Both the position numbers and the translations under genes were made by a program. The notes beneath the pieces were generated by a model. That model was given only the letters and a program-made list of their open reading frames with translations, was not told the origin of the DNA and did no database searches. A stretch of 64,000 nucleotides of DNA from an uncultured Thiohalocapsa sp. (GTDB taxonomy: Bacteria; Pseudomonadota; Gammaproteobacteria; Chromatiales; Chromatiaceae): contig CAZGCI010000010.1 of assembly GCA_964524185.1 (NCBI GenBank), forward strand, positions 520-64,519, in the 5' to 3' direction. Below are positions 49,201 to 57,557 of the stretch, in pieces; the stretch's first letter is position 1; every line of letters starts with the position of its first letter.

Positions 49201-50660
49201 TAGACGACGACGGAGCGGCAAGTGCCCCCGGGGAGATTGCCCCCGGTGAGCTTGACGCTTGGTCATTCACAGCCATCCACCCCGGAAACACCGTCATTAC
49301 CGTTGCGGTCGGCACCGGCTTGACCATTTCTGTGTATGACGAGCAGGGCAACCTGATTGCGCAGGGCTCCGGCGGCAGCCTAGTATTTCCAGCCGTCGCC
49401 GGGGCCCGCTACGACATCCTCGTCGAGACAACGGGCGCCGGCGGCCCCTACAGGCTGGAAATCTCGAATCCGCCACCAGTCGCCGGCACCAACGTCTTCA
49501 CGGCCACCCCCGGCGGCCACGTCAACACCGCGGCAAGCGCGGGCGGCGTAGTCGTCGCCGCCACGCTCAATGCCGACAACGATGTCGTCGTCTTCATCGA
49601 CGAGGACGGCCACAGCGGCTGGGGCGCCAAGGTGCTCACCAAGGACATCCCCGGCCCTTCACCGTCGGGCATGCCGGTCACCTTCGTCGACCCCAAGGAC
49701 GGCGTCATCTCCGTCGCCTATCCCTCCACCAGCGGGCTGATGCTCTACCGCCGCGCGGCCGATGGCAGCTGGACGCTGAGCAACTTGACCGGCGCCGGCC
49801 AGAGTCCCATCAGCAAGCAGCTCGCCTGGTTCATTTCTCCGCCGGCGGGCGGCGCGTACGGGGTGCCCGCGGGGGAGGCCGATCTGATCAGCCTGGTCGG
49901 CCTCAATCCGGCCGATGAGGTGGTCAAGTATGCCCAACGGCGCAGCGGCGGCGGTGTGACCTGGGAGTTCGCCAATCTCACGACGCGCGATTTCGCGCCC
50001 AACGGCCAGCTCCCGCCGGGCTGGGTCGGCGAGCCGGTTGGCTACACCACGCCGTGGAACGGGCAGAACGTCGCCGGGCTGAATGCCTTCGGGGAGGTGG
50101 TGGTGGCCTGGGGCGAGCCCCGCAGCCGCTGGTCTGTCAGCAATCTGTCGGACTTCACCCCCACCCCGCCGCTCTCCGGCGGCCTGTCGGCCTATGTCAA
50201 TTGGGGCATCAACCTCACCGGCATCCTCGCCGATGGCAGCCTTGGGGTGACCTGGTGGAGCGCGGAGTATGAGCAGGCGCAGCGCGCCCGCGGCAGTGAG
50301 CAGAACTGGGCCTTCACTAACCTCACCGCCGTTGCCGAGGGGCTACGCCCGCGCCTCGGCGGCGATGCGGTGGTGGGCTTCACCACGCCGAACTGGATCA
50401 GCAACAACATCTACGGCATCGCCCAGGACTCCGGGCACCTGGTCGCCTATTGGTGGGCGCCCGGCCAACCCTGGAACTCCGCCGATCTGAACGAACGCCT
50501 CACCGGCTCCGAGGTGCCCACCGGTAAGCTCACCGCGGTGGCCGCCCGCGATAACAGTATCTCGGTGTTCGGCGTCAACGCCGAAGGCGAGGTGCTGCGC
50601 TTCTTCTGGCAGCCCGATCAGTGGCGGTTTGAGAATGTCAGCCGACGGGTGGCGCAGTGA
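46293..50660 (+). CDS. Large secreted multidomain glycanase: signal peptide, CBM9-like, Fn3-like, GH5/clan GH-A-like, PPC domain and C-terminal 7-repeat propeller-like module
   Basis: Hydrophobic N-terminus ending AVA. CBM9-like DGVLDVGEW ... FDDQGIYLSADVEDD ... DSITFYFD. Fn3-like segment. WETLNEWD and LLNGEWGM (clan GH-A acid/base and nucleophile contexts). PPC-like GELDAWSF ... YRLEIS. Seven ~50-aa repeats at the C-terminus. Confidence 0.82.
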   Translation: MFQNMGNQQGSACQNFARNATVRALLLIAVAASQTAVARTDPITQDHPLWTVMRGTATVDGVLDVGEWSGAIPIRRSQPWRDGAVVVRAMFDDQGIYLSADVEDDQLYADGNGGGSGNRWEVESDDSITFYFDPDESRHEYFTSADRAFGVNLGNPADPINGPGVVRRWKYVQGNGSGGAPDVLPGGAPATGIRWVTVARGSVNDNRDQDEGWTTEIFLPWNALNRAAPSHGETMGMNFDVIFDNDGGPRNFVDNRHSDQRFVLPAFVDDHILGAHSSFHASLGGIRGPVNYARAMFFDPASGTRPSAVRNLSVSSPSAYGAVLEFTAPTGTATGRGQAQGYAIRYSRAPITTEADWAAAEVLENAYRARRPGAQERLRLIGLSPNTTYHVAVRAVDAAGRLAPLSNDASLRTAPAAAAQRGRIVPSPGGTYLLFEDGTPFVPVGEHLGLSWAYFRNLFPGDVWDPVNRKFQNYAAEPSYEGAAGPYLDDLQSLGVNTLRVFLEVLGLDQTGNPQVPRGRYWLEYPAGTFNPDARQFILNLLEEAAARNIYLIFSPFDTFVWDDVFWEETPWAIANGGPLTDINDFFQDSRTLDMAKERMRTLISWVRESPHADHLIGWETLNEWDSYEWTLNAEGDGEPGRETEMRRRVQWVQALNDFVRQQDPDRLVISSTTSRDPRGPVARALFYDRSFDVLAPHFYTTSSEEPINNPDADRSVRPALEVGRLTAYWLTHQDHVAPLLNGEWGMTRHLWPGAWPSYGPRFSQGEDNVMYRAVTWSGLASGQAGQGLRIATEELIFNCHSLTDGSNQLPVKCRGDDSVDPAAGAVVREGSMRDVQQTLARQVAAQAVADTPLTPGGAPFLTNVRAESAGKQLHAWAFGGADAGLGYILLDGNVSAGPAQSARLRLFGLQSGARYSVAFWATTGNRNAPVSVINGQIARGSELSVDLPTFAKDLAFGYQRMSAPVALPLDDDGAASAPGEIAPGELDAWSFTAIHPGNTVITVAVGTGLTISVYDEQGNLIAQGSGGSLVFPAVAGARYDILVETTGAGGPYRLEISNPPPVAGTNVFTATPGGHVNTAASAGGVVVAATLNADNDVVVFIDEDGHSGWGAKVLTKDIPGPSPSGMPVTFVDPKDGVISVAYPSTSGLMLYRRAADGSWTLSNLTGAGQSPISKQLAWFISPPAGGAYGVPAGEADLISLVGLNPADEVVKYAQRRSGGGVTWEFANLTTRDFAPNGQLPPGWVGEPVGYTTPWNGQNVAGLNAFGEVVVAWGEPRSRWSVSNLSDFTPTPPLSGGLSAYVNWGINLTGILADGSLGVTWWSAEYEQAQRARGSEQNWAFTNLTAVAEGLRPRLGGDAVVGFTTPNWISNNIYGIAQDSGHLVAYWWAPGQPWNSADLNERLTGSEVPTGKLTAVAARDNSISVFGVNAEGEVLRFFWQPDQWRFENVSRRVAQ
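49506..50609 (+). repeat. Copy 1 of a 1104-bp nucleotide-identical direct repeat (encodes the C-terminal propeller-like module)
   Basis: Offset is exactly 3872 nt to 53378..54481. Translations are identical in all listed forward and reverse frame ORFs. Both junctions were read directly from the sequence. Confidence 0.93.
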
Positions 50661-50823
50661 AGGCCCACCGGGACGCGACACGGCACCAGTGCAGCTTAAA
50701 CTCAGAACATTTTATCCTGGACTTGCGGTCCCCTTCACTGCTCGCCAGGTGGGCAGACGTCCACCCGGCGCCAGCCTTCCTTAGTCCCTTACCTCCAAAA
50801 TCTTCGACAAACCGGTGAAGAGT

Positions 50824-51042
50824 TCAAATCGCCGCTCTGACCAGGGTAGGTTGCACGAAGTACTCGCGGATCACGAGTGCGGTGACGAAGACGCGGCGGC
50901 CGAGCTTGGTGAAGAAGTAGTTGTAGGTGTGAGCGACCTTCTTGATCAGGCCGTGGGTACGCAGGCGCTTGATCAGGTAGGAGGCGCGGGCGGGCGTGAG
51001 CCCTGCGATGTGGGCGCGCAGGTCGCCGGCGCACTGTTGATC
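50824..51042 (-). pseudogene. Fragment resembling the C-terminal HTH tail of a DDE transposase (family unassigned)
   Basis: The last ~72 aa of ORF 50824..52107 read LTPARASYLIKRLRTHGLIKKVAHTYNYFFTKLGRRVFVTALVIREYFVQPTL. Upstream of this, the reading frame runs antisense to the IS630-like fragment. Confidence 0.35.
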
Positions 51043-51044
51043 GA

Positions 51045-51700
51045 CGATGACACGGGGCGTGCCCACTTCAAGCGCTACAAGGCGGGCGGCATCTCGGCGC
51101 TGGAGCGCATGAACGACGTCGGCAGCGAGGCGCTGCTCAGCGCCGCGCAGCTGGCCGAGTTGGATGCGCACCTGCAGCAGCAGCTGCATACAAGCGTCGA
51201 CTCGGTGGCGCGTTGGGTCGACGCGTGCGTTGGCACAGGGGGCCGTGCACGACACCGACAACGGCATGACCGCGCTGCTGCGTCGCCTCGGGTACCGCTT
51301 TAAGATGCCCAAGGTGCTGCCGGGCAAGGCGCCTGATCCCGAGGTGCAGGCAGCCTTCGTCGCGGCCTGCCGAACGCGCAAGGACACCAAAGGTGAGCAC
51401 AACGCTATCCTATTCGTGGACGCCACCCACCCGCAGCACAACCCGTTCCTCGCCGGCGGCTGGATCAAGCGCAGGCGCTGCTTCGCGGTTAAGAGCAACA
51501 CCGGTCGGCGACGCTTGAATATCAACGGTGTCATCGACGTTGAAACGCTGCACGCGGTGATCCGCTGCGACGAGACGTTTGCCGTGTAAAGGGCCGCCTG
51601 CAAGCAGTTCTTCGCGGATCTCGACGCGCATGCCGCGCACTTGCGCTCGCTGCTGACCAATAACGTCGAGATCATCTGCAGCGATTGAAACCCGCAAAGC
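51045..51700 (+). pseudogene. IS630-family transposase remnant (N-terminally truncated, frameshifted, internally deleted)
   Basis: HFKRYKAGGISALERMNDVGSEALLSAAQLAELDAHL (HTH part) lies in one frame. LLRRLGYRFKMPKVLPGKAPDPEVQAAFV ... ILFVDATHPQHNP ... NINGVID (DDE part) lies in another frame. Premature stop at 51589, then a short C-terminal-like piece QFFADLDAHAAHLRSLLTNNVEII. Confidence 0.7.
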
Positions 51701-51841
51701 TCTATCGGTTGGACATAATGACCACGTCTTCGACCATGAGCGCCGGGGGGCTGCACCGATAGCGAGCCGTCGTCGGGATGGCGGTAGCTCCAGCAGACGC
51801 CCCCGTCACCCCTGCATTCAGAAAGAGAAATGGAACGATAC

Positions 51842-54532
51842 ATGACCAAAAGAATCGATCGGATCATCGGCTTTGCAGCGGCACTCAGTGTGGCCGTGGC
51901 GCCATCCTTTGCGGGCGGCGACTCCGGTGCCGCCGTGCAAGACCTGCCGTGGCGGGACGCTTCCGGCGGCATCTCAATGCCCGGCGCATTCAGTCCCGAG
52001 ACGGCGCAGCCGCAGACCCGCGGGATGCGTGCCGATGCACTGTCGCAGGATGCCCAATTTTGGCAGCTCGAGACCATTCGCGACCAACTCCTGGCGGTGA
52101 CGGCCACCCCGGCAGCGGACCTCTATGAACAAATGCTGGCGGAGCGGGCCAAAGACCCGAGTGTCATCGGCATCGGCGTGGACGTGCCGGAACTAAACAC
52201 CGTGGCCGCGACCCAGGCCAGCTTCGTCTCATTCGACGCCATCGACGGCGGCAGACTTCTCGCCCTGCGCATCCGTGCACCCGGAGCGGTGGGGATGCGG
52301 CTCGGTCTTCTCGTCGAACAGATGCCCACGCAAGTGAGTGTCGCTTTTGCCGATGTGGCTGGCAATGAACCGGTTGCGCCACCGGTGACGGGTGCAGAAA
52401 TCACGCGGATCATCGAGACCAACCAGGCCGCCGGCGACCTATCGGACGAGGGTCGGACTTACTGGAGCCCGATGCTGGAGGGGGAAGAGGCGCTCATCCT
52501 GATTCATGTGCCGCATGGTGTGGAAGCTGACGCTGTGCGATTCAGCATCCCCCGGATCAGCTACATCTTCGAGGATCCTCTCAGCAATCAGTCGATCGAG
52601 CTGTTCCAATCCAAGGTCGCGGCCCAGTCGGCGGCTTCCTGCAATCTCGACGCGACCTGTTCCCCAGATTGGAACGTCGAGAGCCAGGCAGTCGCTCACA
52701 TGGTCTACACCGTGAATGGCGCGTCGCGTTGGTGCACCGGCTCTTTGATCAACGACAGCGATCCGTCTGGCTTCGTTCCCTATTTTCTGACCGCCAACCA
52801 CTGCATTTCGACCCAGACCGCTGCCTCGACACTTCAAACCCACTGGTATTTGCAATCGGCGGCCTGCAACAGCTATGTTCTAGACCCAAGGTACACGATC
52901 GTAAACGGAGGTGCGCGGCTCTTGTACGCCAGCGCAGCGATGGATACCGCATTGCTGCGCCTGAACCAGTCGCCTCCGGGAGGCGTCTACTACCTGGGCT
53001 GGTCGACCGCCAACCCCTTACTCTTCGACGACGTCGTCGGCATCCATCACCCTCAAGGAGACCGGAAGAAGATCAGCGCCGGGGAGTTTGTTGGATTTGG
53101 CGATTGCTGGAGCACCACAGGAAGTGGCTTCCAATGCAGCCCTGCCTCAAGTACGACCGGAAATTACCTTAACATCGATTGGTATGCTGGAACCACAGAG
53201 GGCGGCAGCAGTGGGTCGGCCCTGCTGAATGCGAGCGGGCAAGTGATCGGCACTCTTTGGGGCGGTAACGGTTTATGCGCTCCCTACGGTAACAGCAATT
53301 ACGGGCGTTTTTCCGCAGCCTACGCTGACGGCCTCAAGGATTGGCTCAACCCACCGCCTCCCGGGACCTACACCTCGACCCCCGGCGGCCACGTCAACAC
53401 CGCGGCAAGCGCGGGCGGCGTAGTCGTCGCCGCCACGCTCAATGCCGACAACGATGTCGTCGTCTTCATCGACGAGGACGGCCACAGCGGCTGGGGCGCC
53501 AAGGTGCTCACCAAGGACATCCCCGGCCCTTCACCGTCGGGCATGCCGGTCACCTTCGTCGACCCCAAGGACGGCGTCATCTCCGTCGCCTATCCCTCCA
53601 CCAGCGGGCTGATGCTCTACCGCCGCGCGGCCGATGGCAGCTGGACGCTGAGCAACTTGACCGGCGCCGGCCAGAGTCCCATCAGCAAGCAGCTCGCCTG
53701 GTTCATTTCTCCGCCGGCGGGCGGCGCGTACGGGGTGCCCGCGGGGGAGGCCGATCTGATCAGCCTGGTCGGCCTCAATCCGGCCGATGAGGTGGTCAAG
53801 TATGCCCAACGGCGCAGCGGCGGCGGTGTGACCTGGGAGTTCGCCAATCTCACGACGCGCGATTTCGCGCCCAACGGCCAGCTCCCGCCGGGCTGGGTCG
53901 GCGAGCCGGTTGGCTACACCACGCCGTGGAACGGGCAGAACGTCGCCGGGCTGAATGCCTTCGGGGAGGTGGTGGTGGCCTGGGGCGAGCCCCGCAGCCG
54001 CTGGTCTGTCAGCAATCTGTCGGACTTCACCCCCACCCCGCCGCTCTCCGGCGGCCTGTCGGCCTATGTCAATTGGGGCATCAACCTCACCGGCATCCTC
54101 GCCGATGGCAGCCTTGGGGTGACCTGGTGGAGCGCGGAGTATGAGCAGGCGCAGCGCGCCCGCGGCAGTGAGCAGAACTGGGCCTTCACTAACCTCACCG
54201 CCGTTGCCGAGGGGCTACGCCCGCGCCTCGGCGGCGATGCGGTGGTGGGCTTCACCACGCCGAACTGGATCAGCAACAACATCTACGGCATCGCCCAGGA
54301 CTCCGGGCACCTGGTCGCCTATTGGTGGGCGCCCGGCCAACCCTGGAACTCCGCCGATCTGAACGAACGCCTCACCGGCTCCGAGGTGCCCACCGGTAAG
54401 CTCACCGCGGTGGCCGCCCGCGATAACAGTATCTCGGTGTTCGGCGTCAACGCCGAAGGCGAGGTGCTGCGCTTCTTCTGGGTGCCCGATCAGTGGCGGT
54501 TTGAGAATGTCAGCCGGCAGGTCGCGCGTTGA
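51842..54532 (+). CDS. Secreted S1-family serine endopeptidase (lysyl-endopeptidase-like) with N-terminal pro-region and C-terminal 7-repeat propeller-like module
   Basis: ATG 51842 gives signal peptide MTKRIDRIIGFAAALSVAVAPSFA. Catalytic contexts FLTANHC (His), MDTALLRL (Asp), TEGGSSGSAL (Ser). The C-terminal ~368 aa are identical to those of 46293..50660. Confidence 0.85.
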   Translation: MTKRIDRIIGFAAALSVAVAPSFAGGDSGAAVQDLPWRDASGGISMPGAFSPETAQPQTRGMRADALSQDAQFWQLETIRDQLLAVTATPAADLYEQMLAERAKDPSVIGIGVDVPELNTVAATQASFVSFDAIDGGRLLALRIRAPGAVGMRLGLLVEQMPTQVSVAFADVAGNEPVAPPVTGAEITRIIETNQAAGDLSDEGRTYWSPMLEGEEALILIHVPHGVEADAVRFSIPRISYIFEDPLSNQSIELFQSKVAAQSAASCNLDATCSPDWNVESQAVAHMVYTVNGASRWCTGSLINDSDPSGFVPYFLTANHCISTQTAASTLQTHWYLQSAACNSYVLDPRYTIVNGGARLLYASAAMDTALLRLNQSPPGGVYYLGWSTANPLLFDDVVGIHHPQGDRKKISAGEFVGFGDCWSTTGSGFQCSPASSTTGNYLNIDWYAGTTEGGSSGSALLNASGQVIGTLWGGNGLCAPYGNSNYGRFSAAYADGLKDWLNPPPPGTYTSTPGGHVNTAASAGGVVVAATLNADNDVVVFIDEDGHSGWGAKVLTKDIPGPSPSGMPVTFVDPKDGVISVAYPSTSGLMLYRRAADGSWTLSNLTGAGQSPISKQLAWFISPPAGGAYGVPAGEADLISLVGLNPADEVVKYAQRRSGGGVTWEFANLTTRDFAPNGQLPPGWVGEPVGYTTPWNGQNVAGLNAFGEVVVAWGEPRSRWSVSNLSDFTPTPPLSGGLSAYVNWGINLTGILADGSLGVTWWSAEYEQAQRARGSEQNWAFTNLTAVAEGLRPRLGGDAVVGFTTPNWISNNIYGIAQDSGHLVAYWWAPGQPWNSADLNERLTGSEVPTGKLTAVAARDNSISVFGVNAEGEVLRFFWVPDQWRFENVSRQVAR
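53378..54481 (+). repeat. Copy 2 of the 1104-bp nucleotide-identical direct repeat
   Basis: See copy 1. Identity starts at ACCCCCGGCGGCCAC and ends at CTTCTTCTGG, after which CAG versus GTG differ. Confidence 0.93.
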
Positions 54533-54582
54533 CCGGCCAGCTAGGCGACAATGCCGATCTTTGCAACCGGAGCGCAAGCGAC

Positions 54583-55551
54583 ATGAGCGACAGTCCGCAG
54601 ATTCAACTCCCGATCAGCGACGCGCTCGGCGACGCGGCCATGGGCGCCTATGCACAGTGGGTGCAGGCACTCCCGGAAGAGGTCGCCTACTGGCGGGGTT
54701 ACATCCGCAGCCGCGGTGGCGCGTATCCCGATGACTTCGCCTACCGGCTGCGCCAGGACACCCTGGTCCAGGATCGTGATCCGGTGCTCGCCGGGACCCT
54801 CACTGCCCTCGGCCCCAAAGACCTACGGCTGCTCGACGTGGGCGCAGGCCCGTTGACCAACCTGGGCAAGCAGGTGCTTGGCAAGCGCCTGACGATCTAC
54901 CCCTGCGATCCCCTCGCCGACGCCTACGGCTGGCTGTTGCAAGAGGCGAGCGTGCGACCGCCCGTCGGCACGCTGTTCGCGGACGTCGAGAATCTCTCGA
55001 TGTACTTCCCGCGCGACAGCTTCCATGCAGTGCATTGCGCCAATGCGCTCGACCACACCTACGACCCCCTCGGCGGCATCCTGGAGATGCTCAAGGTGCT
55101 CCACCCCCGGGGCGTGATCCACCTCGGCCATTTTGAGAACGAGGCCGAGCACGAAGGCTATGGCGGCCTGCACCAATGGAACCTAACGGAGCGGGACGGC
55201 GATTTTGTGCTGTGGAATCGCCGCGAGGAGATCTCCCTGCGCAGCATCGGCGCAGAGGCGCTGGACATCCATGCGCGGCGCTTTCCGCTGGAAGGCGGAC
55301 GCCAGTGGATCTTGGTGCAAATCCGCAAGCGCTCGAGCCTCCTGGAGTGGCTCGGTAAGCGCTCAAAGGTCGACGCCCTGTATGCACTGCGACCGCCCAA
55401 TCTGCCGGCAAAATATCGCACCCTCCTGGCAGACGGTCTGCGCCGCGCGCTCACCGCGATTGAATCGCCTGTGGGATCTGACGTACCCGAGGACACGCCC
55501 GACGTGCCTGAGGATACGTCGACCTCGCCTGAGCCTGAGGTTACCCCCTAA
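54583..55551 (+). CDS. Class I SAM-dependent methyltransferase
   Basis: ATG 54583. LRLLDVGAGPLTNLG motif I and FHAVHCANALDHTYDP. Acidic PEDT repeat tail. Confidence 0.72.
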   Translation: MSDSPQIQLPISDALGDAAMGAYAQWVQALPEEVAYWRGYIRSRGGAYPDDFAYRLRQDTLVQDRDPVLAGTLTALGPKDLRLLDVGAGPLTNLGKQVLGKRLTIYPCDPLADAYGWLLQEASVRPPVGTLFADVENLSMYFPRDSFHAVHCANALDHTYDPLGGILEMLKVLHPRGVIHLGHFENEAEHEGYGGLHQWNLTERDGDFVLWNRREEISLRSIGAEALDIHARRFPLEGGRQWILVQIRKRSSLLEWLGKRSKVDALYALRPPNLPAKYRTLLADGLRRALTAIESPVGSDVPEDTPDVPEDTSTSPEPEVTP

Positions 55552-55631
55552 GCGCCGCGGGCGAGTGCAGGCCGACACTGCCGCAAGAGTTCCCGGCGAA
55601 CCGCTGGGCCGCTGCAACGGGTCGCTCACCG

Positions 55632-57557
55632 ATGGCTGCCTGCCCTCAGTCAGCGGGCGACTCAAGACACAAGGAGAGCTGCAGCTTGAACCCCCTTTGT
55701 ACTGGCTTTCGGCCCGCATCGCGCGAACCCCTGCCACCTGCCTGGCGCCGCTGGCTAGATCAACAGACGCTGCGCGAAGCACCCGGTGCGGAGAATGCCT
55801 TTGTGCTCCGCTGGCATGGGCTTCCGGAGCTGAGCACCGTCGAGCTCGGTCACACCTGGCTGGAGATGGCCGCCTGGAGTCTGATCACGCGGCCCGAGAT
55901 CCGCGCCGTCGTCTGGCCCTTGTATGCGGATCTCGATCCCAGCCGTCCACGCGCGCTGTTGCCATGTGACCAAAAGCGACTTGCGCGCCTCTGCAGCGGC
56001 GGCTATCTGCTGCTTTCGCCCGAGGACCTTAGCGCTTTAGAGGCGACACCCGCGGGTCTCGCTGCGCTCCCAAGCGACACCGTGTTGGTCGCGACACGGG
56101 CCTTGCTCGAGCCCCGTTTGACTCACCTGCAGCCGGCAGCCGTCCGAGGCGGGCGACATGGTGCGCAGTGGCTGAAGGATCAGATCCGCCGGCGCCTGGG
56201 GCTGCGCCAGAAGATCTGGCTCAAACGCCAGCTGCAGCGCCTGCGCCTGCTGCCCCGAGCCCACAGTGCCGTCCCGGCGACGGCGGAGCCTTTGCTGGCC
56301 CGCTGCAAGCAGTGGGCACCTGCCATCGAGCAGCCAGCGCTCGCGCTGCGCAGTCAGCCGAAGGACACGCGTATCCCCGTGCTCTTCGCCGTGCATTGGC
56401 TGGAGCTCGGCGGCGCGGAGCGCTTTGCCGTCGACCTCATCCGGGCCCTGCCAACAGACCAGTATGCGGTGCATCTCATCACGGAGATTCCGTCCGAGAA
56501 CCCCTGGGCGGCGCTGATTCGTGCGCATGTTGAGGCCATCATCCACCTGCCCGAGTCGTTGCCGGACTATGCCGCCGGCATCTTCTATGAGCACTACATC
56601 CGCACCCGCGGCATCCGGCTGCTGCACATCCATCACGGCGCGCGGGCCTACGAGTCACTGTTTCACATCCGCCGCTTCCATCCGACCCTCAAGATTCTCG
56701 ACACGCTGCACATCCTCGAGCTGCCACCCCACTCCGGCGGCTATCCAGAGCACATGGCCCGGCACTTCGGCGCCTTTCTGGACGGCCACCACGTGATCAG
56801 CCGGCATCTCGGCGCGTTCTTGATGGAGCGCTGGCTCGTGCCTGAGGCGCGGGTGCATGTGATCCACTTGAATGTGGACAGCCAATCGATGGACCCGGCA
56901 CGCGTCGAGGCCGGCCTATTGCGCGAGCCCAGACAGGTGCAGGCGGACGCCCTGGTGGTGGGCTTCGTCGGACGCTTCAACCGCCAGAAGCGGCCGCTGG
57001 CGTTCGTCGACATGGCCGAGCGTCTGCTTCAACGCTGGCAGTCGCAGGAGCAACCGCGAGCACTGCACTTTTTCATGGCCGGCAGCGGTCCGCTGCTCGC
57101 CGCCGTGCGCAAGCGCATTGCACAGACCCCTGCGCTCGGTGCCGTCATGCACCTGGTCGGCGAACTGGACGACGTTCGGCCTTTCTACCGGGATTGCGAC
57201 CTCATCGCCATGCCGTCCGAGAACGAGGGCCTTGCCCTGGTGGCCTACGAGGCCATGGCCATGGCGCTACCGGTGATCTTCACCGATGTCGGCGCCCAGC
57301 ATGAGCTGTTGCCGCCCGCGTGTCTGGTGCCGCCCGACGGCGCTGTTGGGCAAGACCTGGCTGCGGCGGTTTGGCCGCTCCTGATCGAGGACGCGCAGCG
57401 CCTCGCCCTGGGACAGCGCAACCGCGCCTACGTGGTGCAGCATCATCCAGCCCGGCAGACGTTTGAGAGGGTGCTGGCCCTATATGCGACGCTGCTGGCG
57501 AACCCGCAGCAAATGATTTCCGTGAGCACTGCTCAACAAGCCGTCGGCAGCCACTGA
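55632..57557 (+). CDS. Glycosyltransferase family 4 with a ~250-aa N-terminal extension
   Basis: GT4 core from IPVLFAVHWLELGGAERF to PSENEGLALVAYEAMAMALPVIFTDVGAQHE. The start codon is uncertain. Confidence 0.72.
   Translation: MAACPQSAGDSRHKESCSLNPLCTGFRPASREPLPPAWRRWLDQQTLREAPGAENAFVLRWHGLPELSTVELGHTWLEMAAWSLITRPEIRAVVWPLYADLDPSRPRALLPCDQKRLARLCSGGYLLLSPEDLSALEATPAGLAALPSDTVLVATRALLEPRLTHLQPAAVRGGRHGAQWLKDQIRRRLGLRQKIWLKRQLQRLRLLPRAHSAVPATAEPLLARCKQWAPAIEQPALALRSQPKDTRIPVLFAVHWLELGGAERFAVDLIRALPTDQYAVHLITEIPSENPWAALIRAHVEAIIHLPESLPDYAAGIFYEHYIRTRGIRLLHIHHGARAYESLFHIRRFHPTLKILDTLHILELPPHSGGYPEHMARHFGAFLDGHHVISRHLGAFLMERWLVPEARVHVIHLNVDSQSMDPARVEAGLLREPRQVQADALVVGFVGRFNRQKRPLAFVDMAERLLQRWQSQEQPRALHFFMAGSGPLLAAVRKRIAQTPALGAVMHLVGELDDVRPFYRDCDLIAMPSENEGLALVAYEAMAMALPVIFTDVGAQHELLPPACLVPPDGAVGQDLAAAVWPLLIEDAQRLALGQRNRAYVVQHHPARQTFERVLALYATLLANPQQMISVSTAQQAVGSH

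Noticed and set aside
50824-52107. 427-aa minus-strand ORF spanning the IS region and the 5' end of the protease gene.
   Set aside because: It is a composite artefact. Only its last ~72 aa look like a genuine transposase tail; the rest is antisense to the IS630 remnant and to the protease signal peptide and pro-region.
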